Both the position numbers and the translations under genes were made by a program. From contig JACRJN010000131.1 in assembly GCA_016235675.1 (NCBI GenBank), forward strand, positions 1,779 through 65,778: a stretch of 64,000 nt of DNA. Direction: 5' to 3'. This DNA is from Candidatus Schekmanbacteria bacterium (lineage in GTDB: Bacteria; SZUA-182). Positions 46,565 to 55,399 of the stretch are shown piece by piece; position 1 is the first letter of the stretch; each line of letters opens with the position of its first letter. The notes under the pieces are model-generated. The model saw only the letters and a list, made by a program, of their open reading frames with translations. It was not told where the DNA came from and made no database searches.

Positions 46565-48328
46565 TTGAAAAATTTCCTGCGCCTGAAAAAATACTTCTAC
46601 CAATACCGCAAGTCGATCTTGGCCGGGGTTATGTGTTTAGTCCTGACTAATCTGGTGAGTTTAACCGCTCCCTGGGTCTTGAAAACCGCCATCGATCAGT
46701 TGCGCCAGTCCCTTACCCATAAGCGTCTGTTCTATTATGCCGCCCTGATTTTGGGAATCAGCATCGTACAGGGAATTTTCCGCTATCTTACCCGCCAGAT
46801 ATTAATCGGCGCCTCCCGCCACATTGAATACCATTTCCGCAACGATATTACACTCCATTTGCAGAAATTGCCCTGGAGCTTTTTTATCAAACACAAGACC
46901 GGCGACATTCTCGCCCGCACCACTGAAGATTTGAATGCGGTACGCATGGCGATTGGCCCCGGCATCATGCACTTTTCCCATACTATTGTGTTGTTCTTCG
47001 TGGTGGCCGGATTGTTGTTCTACATCAATCCGGTCCTGGCTTTCTGGGCCTTGCTGCCGCTACCGGTTTTTTCCCTCTACATCAAAAAGAATACCAAGCG
47101 GGTTTATCAGTCCTTCATGTCGGTGCAGCAAAAACTGTCCGCCCTGACCTCCCATGTGCAGGAAAATTTCTCCGGCATCCGCATCATCCAGGCTTATCAG
47201 CGGGAAGAAGCATCCATCGAAACCTTTCAAAAGCTGGGGAGGGAATACATCCAGGGCAATATGGAACTGGCGCGTTACTGGGGGCTGCTGCTGCCGCTGA
47301 TGATGTTAATTTACGGTCTGGGGCAGATAATCGTACTTATGCTGGGAGGCCGTCAGATTATCCTGGGCCAATTGAGCTTAGGCGAGTTCGTCGCTTTCAA
47401 CGCCTATCTGGCCATGCTGCTTTTCCCGATGATGGCTTTAGGCTGGGTAATGAATCTCTTCCAGCGGGGAGCGGCGGCCATGGAGCGCATCTCGTTGATT
47501 CTGGATGAACCGGAACAAGAAAACCGGGGGCAATTATCGGAAACCCCCGCAAAAGGAGAAATAGAATTCCGCCACTTACATTTTTCCTACGAAACGCAAA
47601 ACAAAAAATGGGCATTGAAAAACATCAATCTGAAAATCCCCGCAGGAACGACATTAGGCATTGTCGGAGCGGTGGGAGCGGGCAAGACCACTTTAGTTAA
47701 TTTACTCCCCCGCTTACTGGAAATCAGTCAGGGGCAGATTTTAATCGACAACCAGGAGATTAGAAACATTCCCTTAAAGGCATTGCGCAGCCTGATTGGA
47801 TATGTCCCTCAGGAAGGCTTCCTCTTTTCCGCCTCCATCAAGGAAAACATCCTCTACGGCTTCGAATGCTTAATTGACAAATGCAACGAGGAAGAAAAAA
47901 TTATTGAGGCTGCGCAAATCTCCCAGATATGGGAGGAAATCCACACCTTACCGGAGCGTTTCGAAACAAAACTGGGGGAACGCGGAATCACCCTGTCCGG
48001 CGGCCAGCGTCAGCGCACGGCTTTGGCCCGCGCCCTGATTCGCGACCCTAAGATATTGATACTGGATGACTCCTTTGCCAGTGTCGATACCTATACGGAA
48101 AGGAAAATCCTGCAACACCTCAAACCATTTATGGCAGGCCGCACCTGTCTGATTATTTCGCACCGCATATCAACGGTGATGGACGCCGACCGGATAATTG
48201 TCCTGGATGAGGGGGAAATCGTTCAGCAGGGGCGGCATGAGGATTTAATCCGGAACCCGGATGGTTTTTACGCCAAAACCTATGCCAAACAATTATTATT
48301 GGATGAGATTACCAGGGGAAACAAATGA
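46565..48328 (+). CDS. ABC exporter, fused permease/ATPase (type I exporter half-transporter)
   Basis: 587 aa. TTG start. GAVGAGKTT Walker A, LSGGQRQR signature, ILILDD Walker B. Confidence 0.9.
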   Translation: MKNFLRLKKYFYQYRKSILAGVMCLVLTNLVSLTAPWVLKTAIDQLRQSLTHKRLFYYAALILGISIVQGIFRYLTRQILIGASRHIEYHFRNDITLHLQKLPWSFFIKHKTGDILARTTEDLNAVRMAIGPGIMHFSHTIVLFFVVAGLLFYINPVLAFWALLPLPVFSLYIKKNTKRVYQSFMSVQQKLSALTSHVQENFSGIRIIQAYQREEASIETFQKLGREYIQGNMELARYWGLLLPLMMLIYGLGQIIVLMLGGRQIILGQLSLGEFVAFNAYLAMLLFPMMALGWVMNLFQRGAAAMERISLILDEPEQENRGQLSETPAKGEIEFRHLHFSYETQNKKWALKNINLKIPAGTTLGIVGAVGAGKTTLVNLLPRLLEISQGQILIDNQEIRNIPLKALRSLIGYVPQEGFLFSASIKENILYGFECLIDKCNEEEKIIEAAQISQIWEEIHTLPERFETKLGERGITLSGGQRQRTALARALIRDPKILILDDSFASVDTYTERKILQHLKPFMAGRTCLIISHRISTVMDADRIIVLDEGEIVQQGRHEDLIRNPDGFYAKTYAKQLLLDEITRGNK

Positions 48329-50094
48329 GCACTGATTATTACCAGGGGGCGGACGGTGATAAGGCTTACGACAGCTATCTGATGAAGCGGCTGTTGACCT
48401 ATTTGCGCTCCTATAAATTACTGGTGGCCTCCGCTTTGGGCTTGCTGTTGCTGGTTTCCGTCCTGGGACTTTCCGGGCCGTATCTTATCAAGATCGCTAT
48501 CGACCGGCATATCCACAATAAAGATATGGCGGGGCTGACCGTTATCGCCGCGGTCTATTTTCTGGTAATGTTTCTGGAATTTATCCTGCGTTACTGGCAA
48601 ATCTATCTGATGCAGCTTACCGGCCAGAAGGTCATGTTTGATTTGCGCCGGCAACTTTTCTCCCATCTTGCGCGGATGCAGGTCGGATTCTTCACCGAGC
48701 AGACCATCGGAGGCTTAATCAGCCGCCTGATCAGCGACATCGAGGTTTTAAACGAAATGTTTTCCGCAGGCTTAGTCGCGGTATTCGGGGATATTGCCAT
48801 GCTGCTGGGGATCATGTTTATGCTGCTGTATATGAACTGGAGGCTGGCCTTGGTGGTCTTTACCGTGATTCCTTTGATATTTTACGTCACTTACCTGTTT
48901 CGCCAAAAGGTACGGGTGTCCTTTCGCGCCATCCGTCAGCATACCGCCCGCATCAGCGCCTTTATGCAGGAAAACCTCACCGGCATGTCGATTATTCAGG
49001 TTTTCAACCGCCAGGAAAAGAATTTTAAGCAATTCGACCGCCTGAATAACGACTACCTGGAGGCTTACAAGCAAACCATCTTCTATTACGCCATGTTCTT
49101 TCCGGTGGTCGAATTCCTGGGCGCGCTTTCCATCGCCCTGATGCTTTGGTACGGCGGGATGCAGGTAATCCAAAAGCTGATCACCTTCGGGGTGCTGGTG
49201 GCTTTCATCGAATATAATCAGCGCTTCTTCCGCCCGATCGATGACTTGATGGAAAAGTACAATATCTTTCAATCCGCCATGGCCGCAGCGGAACGCATTT
49301 TCAAACTTCTGGATACCCCGGCAACCATCCGCGACGCGCCTAATTCCACCCCCTGGCCGGGATTACGACAGGAGATAAGCTTTCAAAATCTCTCCTTTGC
49401 CTATAACGGGGAGGATTTTATTTTGAAGGACATTAATCTGCGGATAAAAAAGGGAGAAAAATTAGCGGTTGTCGGTCTCACCGGTTCGGGAAAAACCACT
49501 TTGGTCGGGCTTTTGCACCGTTTTTATGAGGCACAATCCGGCCGGGTGCTTTTGGATGGAATCGACATCCGGAATATCTCTCTCCATGATTTACGCCAAC
49601 ACACCGCCGTCATTTTGCAGGAGCCTTTTATTTTTTCCGGCAGCGTTTGTGATAATATCCGCTTAGGGCGCACCGATATACCGATGGACAAAATAATCTG
49701 GGCGGCGCATCAGGCCAACGCCCATGACTTTATTCAGCAGTTTGCCGACGGGTACCGGCATGAGTTGAAAGAACGGGGAGCCGATTTATCCGCCGGACAA
49801 AAACAATTGCTCACCTTTGCCCGCGCCTTAGTCTTCGATCCGCAGATATTGATCCTCGACGAAGCCACCTCCAATATCGACTCTCAGACCGAGGGCTTGA
49901 TCCAGGATGCCCTGGATAAGATTTTGCAGGATCGCACCTGCATCGTAATCGCCCACCGCCTGGCCACCATCCAGAAAATGGAACGCATTATCGTAATGGA
50001 CAAGGGACAAATCAAGGAAGAAGGCAATCATCAGCAGTTATTGCAGCAGAACGGGCTATACGCCAAATTGTACCGCTTGCAGTTTACGGTTTGA
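48325..50094 (+). CDS. ABC exporter, fused permease/ATPase, partner of 46565..48328
   Basis: 589 aa. ATGA overlap. GLTGSGKTT Walker A, LSAGQKQL signature, ILILDEATS Walker B. Confidence 0.9.
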   Translation: MSTDYYQGADGDKAYDSYLMKRLLTYLRSYKLLVASALGLLLLVSVLGLSGPYLIKIAIDRHIHNKDMAGLTVIAAVYFLVMFLEFILRYWQIYLMQLTGQKVMFDLRRQLFSHLARMQVGFFTEQTIGGLISRLISDIEVLNEMFSAGLVAVFGDIAMLLGIMFMLLYMNWRLALVVFTVIPLIFYVTYLFRQKVRVSFRAIRQHTARISAFMQENLTGMSIIQVFNRQEKNFKQFDRLNNDYLEAYKQTIFYYAMFFPVVEFLGALSIALMLWYGGMQVIQKLITFGVLVAFIEYNQRFFRPIDDLMEKYNIFQSAMAAAERIFKLLDTPATIRDAPNSTPWPGLRQEISFQNLSFAYNGEDFILKDINLRIKKGEKLAVVGLTGSGKTTLVGLLHRFYEAQSGRVLLDGIDIRNISLHDLRQHTAVILQEPFIFSGSVCDNIRLGRTDIPMDKIIWAAHQANAHDFIQQFADGYRHELKERGADLSAGQKQLLTFARALVFDPQILILDEATSNIDSQTEGLIQDALDKILQDRTCIVIAHRLATIQKMERIIVMDKGQIKEEGNHQQLLQQNGLYAKLYRLQFTV

Positions 50095-50098
50095 TTTT

Positions 50099-50303
50099 GT
50101 CATTGCGAGCGACCGGAGGGAGCGAAGCAATCTCGGCGTCCGTTGCCATAACGAGATTGCTTCGCTCCGCTCGCAATGACTATCGGTTAGATATTTCGGC
50201 GTGTCCCCACGCCGAAATTATCAAGGGGTAACGTTCCCCCTTTACGGTTTCGGTGTGAGGACACACCGAAATATCAAATCACAGGCTGAAAGCCTGTGCT
50301 ACC
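50099..50303. repeat. R-C core (50099..50180), two ATTTCGGYGTG hairpins, R-E hairpin (50280..50303)
   Basis: GTCATTGCGAGCGACCGGAGGGAGCGAAGCAATCTC...CGCAATGAC. ATTTCGGCGTGTCCCCACGCCGAAAT. TTTCGGTGTGAGGACACACCGAAA. CACAGGCTGAAAGCCTGTGCTACC. Confidence 0.88.
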
Positions 50304-50433
50304 GGAAAGAAATTTCGGCATAACAATCTATTTCGGGAATAATTCCCTTGGTAATTTTATCTTTATATTTAAAACAACATGTTGTTGACACCTCGGTCAC
50401 TTATGGTTAGTATAGTAATAGGAGGCTAATATT

Positions 50434-51297
50434 GTGAGTCCGGCAGGGAAAACGAATAACATCCAATTGCGCAGCCTATTGCTGATTCTGATATTCTTTA
50501 CCTTTGTCAGCCTGTTGATTCATGACAGTAAGGATATTGGGATGTTCTGGCATTTGTATATAATTCCTCTATATATCGCGGCGGTCTCTTACGGTTTGGC
50601 GGGAGGATTAATAGTAGGAATCTTAAGCACATGCAGCGTTGTGGGCTGGCTCTATGCCTTACAAATGTTCACGCCCCAGCAAGCGGAAAAGTTATGGGAA
50701 ATCGGTATCGGCATGGCTTTGTTTATCGGGACGGGTATAACCTTGGGACATTCATCCGGTAAGCAAAAGGCGCAAAAGGACATGCTGGAGGGGCTTTCCA
50801 TCCGTGACCGCTTGACCGGTTTATTCAATTACGGTTATTTTCTGGATCATCTGGAAAAAGAGCGCAAGCGTGCTCAGCGTTATCAGAATCCCCTATCCGT
50901 TATTATGATCGATGTGGATTTTTTCAAGCGCTTCAACGATACCTTCGGCCATGAAAAGGGCAATGAGGTTTTAAAGCGGGTGGCTAAGGTATTGGTGGAA
51001 AACACCCGCAATGTGGATACGGTAGCGCGCTACGGAGGAGAAGAATTTGTCGTCACCCTGCCTAATGCCACTGCGGAACAAGCTCAAACCGTGGCGGAAA
51101 GAATCCGCGAAGCCGTAGCCTGCGAAACCTTCGAAGGAAATGATCAGCAACCTATCGTCAACGTCACCATCAGCGGCGGTATCGCCGGCTATCCCACTCA
51201 GGCCGAACAGATCGATAAACTGATCTATAAGGCCGATCAAGCCCTCTATTCGTCCAAAGAGAATGGCCGCAACCAAATCCGTATTTTTTCGGAATAA
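50434..51297 (+). CDS. Membrane-anchored diguanylate cyclase (GGDEF)
   Basis: GTG start after AGGAGG. Three or four TM helices. RYGGEEF active site. Confidence 0.88.
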   Translation: MSPAGKTNNIQLRSLLLILIFFTFVSLLIHDSKDIGMFWHLYIIPLYIAAVSYGLAGGLIVGILSTCSVVGWLYALQMFTPQQAEKLWEIGIGMALFIGTGITLGHSSGKQKAQKDMLEGLSIRDRLTGLFNYGYFLDHLEKERKRAQRYQNPLSVIMIDVDFFKRFNDTFGHEKGNEVLKRVAKVLVENTRNVDTVARYGGEEFVVTLPNATAEQAQTVAERIREAVACETFEGNDQQPIVNVTISGGIAGYPTQAEQIDKLIYKADQALYSSKENGRNQIRIFSE

Positions 51298-51372
51298 ACC
51301 AACCAACATATTCCAATTGACAATGCCGACGGTAAAGATTATATTTTATAATATTTGGCTAATGTTGTTTTT

Positions 51373-51686
51373 TTACCACGAAGGCCACAAAGCACACGAA
51401 GAAAAAATTTCGAGAGTGTTCACCTAAAGATAGATATTTATATATTTAAAAACGTAGTCCCGTGGCTTTAGCCGCGTATTTTCAGCCCCTTAGGGCTGCA
51501 AAAAAAGGTGTGTTCGTATGGAACGCGCCGAAAGTATTGAGAGTCATAATTGCAGGGCTAACGCCCTGAAGTTCAGCCCTGAAGGGCTGGGACTACGATA
51601 TTACTGGGACTACGATATTATATTGATGTTTTGGCCAATCCCCAGGCCGAAAAATTTCTTCGTGCTCTTCGTGTGCTTCGTGGTTG
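51373..51686. repeat. R-F composite: CACGAAG arms enclosing four R-B-type hairpins
   Basis: CCACGAAGGCCACAAAGCACACGAAGAA ... GTAGTCCCGTGGCTTTAGCCGCG, CAGCCCCTTAGGGCTG, GCAGGGCTAACGCCCTGA, CAGCCCTGAAGGGCTGGGACTAC ... TTCTTCGTGCTCTTCGTGTGCTTCGTGG. Confidence 0.88.
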
Positions 51687-51707
51687 GTAATTTCATCTGG
51701 GAGCGAC

Positions 51708-52928
51708 ATGCCTGTTTTCGTTTACAAAGCCTGTGACAGTACCGGGAAAATTATTACCGGCACCATGGAAGTAAAGGATCGGACGGCGGTGACAGCCGGT
51801 CTGCAAGCCTCTAATTACTACCCGTTGCAGATCGATGAACAGCAAAAAGATCAGGGCATATCCGCAACCGCCGGTTTAACTTTAAGCTTTCAGCGGGTAA
51901 AGAAAAGAGATATATTAACCTTTACCAACCAATTGGGAATCCTCATGGAAGCCGGATTGCCGCTGGATCGCAGCTTAGCCATCCTCAAAGACCTGACGGA
52001 TAATAAAAAATTCGCCAGGATTATCGATAACATCCTGCGCAGCATCGAAGGCGGCAGTTCGCTGGCCGACGCCTTGGCGCGTCATCCCCGCGTTTTTTCC
52101 CGCCTCTATGTCAACATGATTAAGGCGGGCGAAACCGGCGGCGTGCTGGAATTGGTCATCAAGCGCCTGAGCGAATTTCTCGGCAACTCCCAGGCATTGC
52201 AGGATGATATTATATCGGCTATGATCTACCCGACTCTTTTGACCCTGGTGGCGGCAAGCGCGGTGGCCACTTTGTTGCTCTTCGTCGTCCCCAAATTTGC
52301 CGCCATGTTCAGCGATATGGGGCAGGCTTTGCCCCTGTCCACCCAAATTTTACTGGGCGTTACCGATATTTTGATTAATTATTGGTGGGCGATTTTAGGC
52401 AGCCTGGTGTTGCTGATTATCGCTTCCCGTTATTTTATCGGAACCGAGTCCGGTAAATATACCTGGGACGGCTGGAAGCTCAAGATTCCTTTATTGGGCG
52501 CACTGATTCAGCAAATCGAAGCCGCCCGTTTTACCCGCACCTTAGGCACATTGATTAAAAGCGGAGTCCCGATCCTGCAAGGGCTGAATATAGTAAAGGA
52601 CATCATCAGCAACAGCGTCATCTCCGCCGCGATGTATAAAGTCAGCAACGGCTTGAAGGAAGGCGGCGGAATAACCACCCCTTTGATGGAAAGCCACGTC
52701 TTCCCCCCCCTGGTAACGCACATGACCGCCATCGGAGAAGAAACCGGGCAATTAGACACTATGCTGATCAAAGTGGCCGATAGTTACGACGAAGAAATAC
52801 GCAACAGTATCAAAAGATTAATATCCTTTATCGAACCGGCGATGATTTTATTGATGGGCATCGTGGTCGGATTTATCGTGGTAGCCATGTTGATGGCGAT
52901 TTTCAGCGTCAATCAGATGCCGTTTTAA
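51708..52928 (+). CDS. Type II secretion / type IV pilus platform protein (GspF/PilC family)
   Basis: MPVFVYKA.D..G N-terminus. Two T2SSF repeats (L...L..GLPL..(S/A)L). Three TM helices. No cognate ATPase or pilin in the window. Confidence 0.85.
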   Translation: MPVFVYKACDSTGKIITGTMEVKDRTAVTAGLQASNYYPLQIDEQQKDQGISATAGLTLSFQRVKKRDILTFTNQLGILMEAGLPLDRSLAILKDLTDNKKFARIIDNILRSIEGGSSLADALARHPRVFSRLYVNMIKAGETGGVLELVIKRLSEFLGNSQALQDDIISAMIYPTLLTLVAASAVATLLLFVVPKFAAMFSDMGQALPLSTQILLGVTDILINYWWAILGSLVLLIIASRYFIGTESGKYTWDGWKLKIPLLGALIQQIEAARFTRTLGTLIKSGVPILQGLNIVKDIISNSVISAAMYKVSNGLKEGGGITTPLMESHVFPPLVTHMTAIGEETGQLDTMLIKVADSYDEEIRNSIKRLISFIEPAMILLMGIVVGFIVVAMLMAIFSVNQMPF

Positions 52929-52933
52929 AAAAT

Positions 52934-52994
52934 CGTTGACGGTTGACGATTGTCGGTTATTATTTTTTTAACTGACAACTGACAACCGTCAACA
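52934..52994. repeat. GTTGACG/GTTGTCA heptamer palindrome with T-rich loop (possible bidirectional terminator)
   Basis: CGTTGACGGTTGACGATTGTCGGTT ATTATTTTTTTA ACTGACAACTGACAACCGTCAACAG. Confidence 0.85.
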
Positions 52995-53005
52995 GAAATA
53001 TTACC

Positions 53006-53530
53006 ATGAACCTCTTATTACATATTTGCTGCGCTCCCTGCACGGTCTATCCGCATCAGCAATTAACCCAGGCCGGGGTTCAGATTAAGGGATTCTTCTT
53101 CAATCCCAATATTCATCCCCTTCAGGAATTTAAAAAACGGCTGCTGGCGGTGCAGCAGTTGCAAACAATCACCGGGCTACCGGTAATCTATCGGGATGAA
53201 TATGGTTTGGAAGAATTTGTGCGCCAGGTGGTTTTTCGGGAGCAACAGCGCTGTAGCTTTTGCTACTTTTGGCGCCTGGAGATGGTGGCTAAAACCGCCA
53301 AGGAACAAAATTGCGCGGCATTTTCCAGCACCCTGCTTTACAGCAAGTATCAAAAGCATGAATTGATCAAAGAAATCGCTGAAGATATAGCTCAAAAGGA
53401 AAAGATTCCCTTCTATTATGAAGATTTCCGCCGCGGCTTTTCGGAAGGCATAAATCTATCCAGGCAAATGCAGCTTTACCGCCAGCCCTATTGCGGCTGC
53501 ATTTACAGCGAGGCGGAAAGGTATAAATAG
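53006..53530 (+). CDS. queH: Epoxyqueuosine reductase QueH (DUF208)
   Basis: 174 aa. LLLHICCAPC, FFNPNIHP and a C-terminal YRQPYCGC motif. Confidence 0.85.
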   Translation: MNLLLHICCAPCTVYPHQQLTQAGVQIKGFFFNPNIHPLQEFKKRLLAVQQLQTITGLPVIYRDEYGLEEFVRQVVFREQQRCSFCYFWRLEMVAKTAKEQNCAAFSSTLLYSKYQKHELIKEIAEDIAQKEKIPFYYEDFRRGFSEGINLSRQMQLYRQPYCGCIYSEAERYK

Positions 53531-53550
53531 GTTTCGGTATCCGATATTAT

Positions 53551-53973
53551 CACCACGAAGAACACGAAGGGCACGAAGAATGGTATGAATAGGATAAAGG
53601 TAAAGAGTGAAGGTAAGGGACTTAGAAGATATTGACATACCCCCCACCCTAACCCTCCCCCGCAAGGGGCATAGGCGCTAACTTAGGCATTTAAAGTTCC
53701 CTCTCCCCCTGGGAGAGGGTTAGGGTGAGGGTACCATAATTTAATTTTTTAAGCTTTTGTACCATCATCCCGACCTTCTCCCAAGGGGAGAAGGAGCCTA
53801 AGTTAGCGCTTATGCCCGCAAGGGGGGAGGGAATTTATCCCCCTCCCCCCTTGATGGGGGAGGGTCGGGGTGGGGGTGATTATCGCGATCCTGAAACGGT
53901 ATGTTTGAAAATTTCAAGTCCCTAAACACCCTTTTCCCTTTTTCCCTTCGTGGCCTTCGTGCTCTTCGTGGTG
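53551..53973. repeat. R-F composite: CACGAAG arms enclosing about 360 nt of nested G/C-run palindromes
   Basis: CACCACGAAGAACACGAAGGGCACGAAGAA ... CCCCCACCCTAACCCTCCCCCGCAAGGGGC, CTCTCCCCCTGGGAGAGGGTTAGGGTGAGGG, CCTTCTCCCAAGGGGAGAAGG, GGGGGAGGGTCGGGGTGGGGG ... CCCTTCGTGGCCTTCGTGCTCTTCGTGGTG. Confidence 0.88.
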
Positions 53974-53997
53974 AATCAAAAAATTGGAATCAGCAAC

Positions 53998-55320
53998 ATG
54001 ACCACTAAAATAATCGATGCGGTCTGCGCCGCCGGGGTAGTCGGAGCGGGCGGAGCCGGATTTCCCGCTCATATCAAGCTGCAAGCCAAAGTCGATCTGA
54101 TCATCGCCAACGGCTGCGAATGCGAACCGCTGCTTTGTACCGATCAATATCTTATGGAAAATCAGGCCGATGCGGTGATAAAGGGATTATCCCTTGCCCT
54201 TCAGACCACCGGAGCGGATAAAGGTATCATCGCCCTGAAGGGAAAATACTCCGCTTCATACCAAGCGTTACAAAAAGCGGCTAAAGGTATCAAGGCAATA
54301 GAATTCAGCTTATTGCCCAATTATTATCCCATGGGGGATGAACAAATCCTGACCTGGCAGGTTTCGGGACGCCTGGTGCCCCTGGGCGGGATTCCCACCC
54401 AGGCCGGGGTTTTAGTGCAAAACGTGACCACACTGTCCCAAATAGCCGCAGCTATTGACGGGCTGCCGGTCACTCATCGAATGGTTGCCGTTTTGGGAGA
54501 AGTCGCCGAACCTAAGGTATTGAAAGTCCCTGTCGGTACCCCGGTTTCCCAGGTCATCGCATGGACGGGCGGCTTTCTGCGTGAGGACGTCGCGATCATT
54601 ACCGGCGGCCCGATGATGGGGCAATTGACGGTCGATCCCGACACCCCGATAACCAAAACCACCAATGCCTTGCTGGTATTGCCTAAAGAACACCATTTAA
54701 TCCTCAACAAAAGAAAAAACCTGCTGCATATGCAGCGCCACAGCCAATCCTACTGCCACGCCTGCTCAGGCTGTCAGATATTGTGCCCGCGCCAGGGTTT
54801 GGGACATCCCATCAGGCCGCAGCGTTCCATGCGTTCTGCCGGTTACCCCTTTACCACCCTCCCCTCCCCTTTACACAATATAACAGCATGCAGCCAATGC
54901 GGAGTTTGCGGATTTTATGCTTGCCCTATGGGATTAAATCCGGCTATAATACATAAAGACTTGCAAAAATATCCAAAAGATCATAAAATAATGATTATTC
55001 CCACATCACGCTCACAAAATCGATCGCTCCCCTTGGGAATTCCCACTGTCCGCCTCATTCAACGTCTGGGGCTGGGACGCTATAACCAACATCCGGCGCT
55101 GGATAACAACCGTTATCAGCCACAGTGGGTCAGATTGCCTTTAAAACAGCATGTAGGCGATGCTTCAATTCCGGTGGTGTCGGAAGGCGCCAAAGTTAAA
55201 GCCGGGGATTTACTGGCAAAGATTCCCGCCGGTAAATTAGGGGCCAGACTACATGCTTCGATAAATGGCAAGGTTAAGAAGATTACGGAGCGGGAAATAA
55301 TTATAACAATGGACAATTGA
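53998..55320 (+). CDS. RnfC/PduS-like electron-transfer protein (NADH-binding-like domain, SLBB, two 4Fe-4S motifs, C-terminal barrel-sandwich hybrid)
   Basis: GVVGAGGAGFPAHIKL. CHACSGCQILCP and CSQCGVCGFYACP. C-terminal VKAGDLLAKIP..KLGARLHASINGKV. ATG at 53998 chosen because upstream codons are repeat-derived. Confidence 0.7.
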   Translation: MTTKIIDAVCAAGVVGAGGAGFPAHIKLQAKVDLIIANGCECEPLLCTDQYLMENQADAVIKGLSLALQTTGADKGIIALKGKYSASYQALQKAAKGIKAIEFSLLPNYYPMGDEQILTWQVSGRLVPLGGIPTQAGVLVQNVTTLSQIAAAIDGLPVTHRMVAVLGEVAEPKVLKVPVGTPVSQVIAWTGGFLREDVAIITGGPMMGQLTVDPDTPITKTTNALLVLPKEHHLILNKRKNLLHMQRHSQSYCHACSGCQILCPRQGLGHPIRPQRSMRSAGYPFTTLPSPLHNITACSQCGVCGFYACPMGLNPAIIHKDLQKYPKDHKIMIIPTSRSQNRSLPLGIPTVRLIQRLGLGRYNQHPALDNNRYQPQWVRLPLKQHVGDASIPVVSEGAKVKAGDLLAKIPAGKLGARLHASINGKVKKITEREIIITMDN

Positions 55321-55382
55321 CAATGGACAATTGACAGTTTTTCGTTATCCATTATCCACTATCCACTATCCACTATCCATTG
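55308..55382. repeat. GGACAATTGACAAT x2 and CCACTAT heptamer x3 tracts
   Basis: CAATGGACAATTGACAATGGACAATTGACAG overlaps the stop of 53998..55320. Followed by CCATTATCCACTATCCACTATCCACTATCCATTG. Confidence 0.85.
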
Positions 55383-55399
55383 AATTAACAACAATATTT

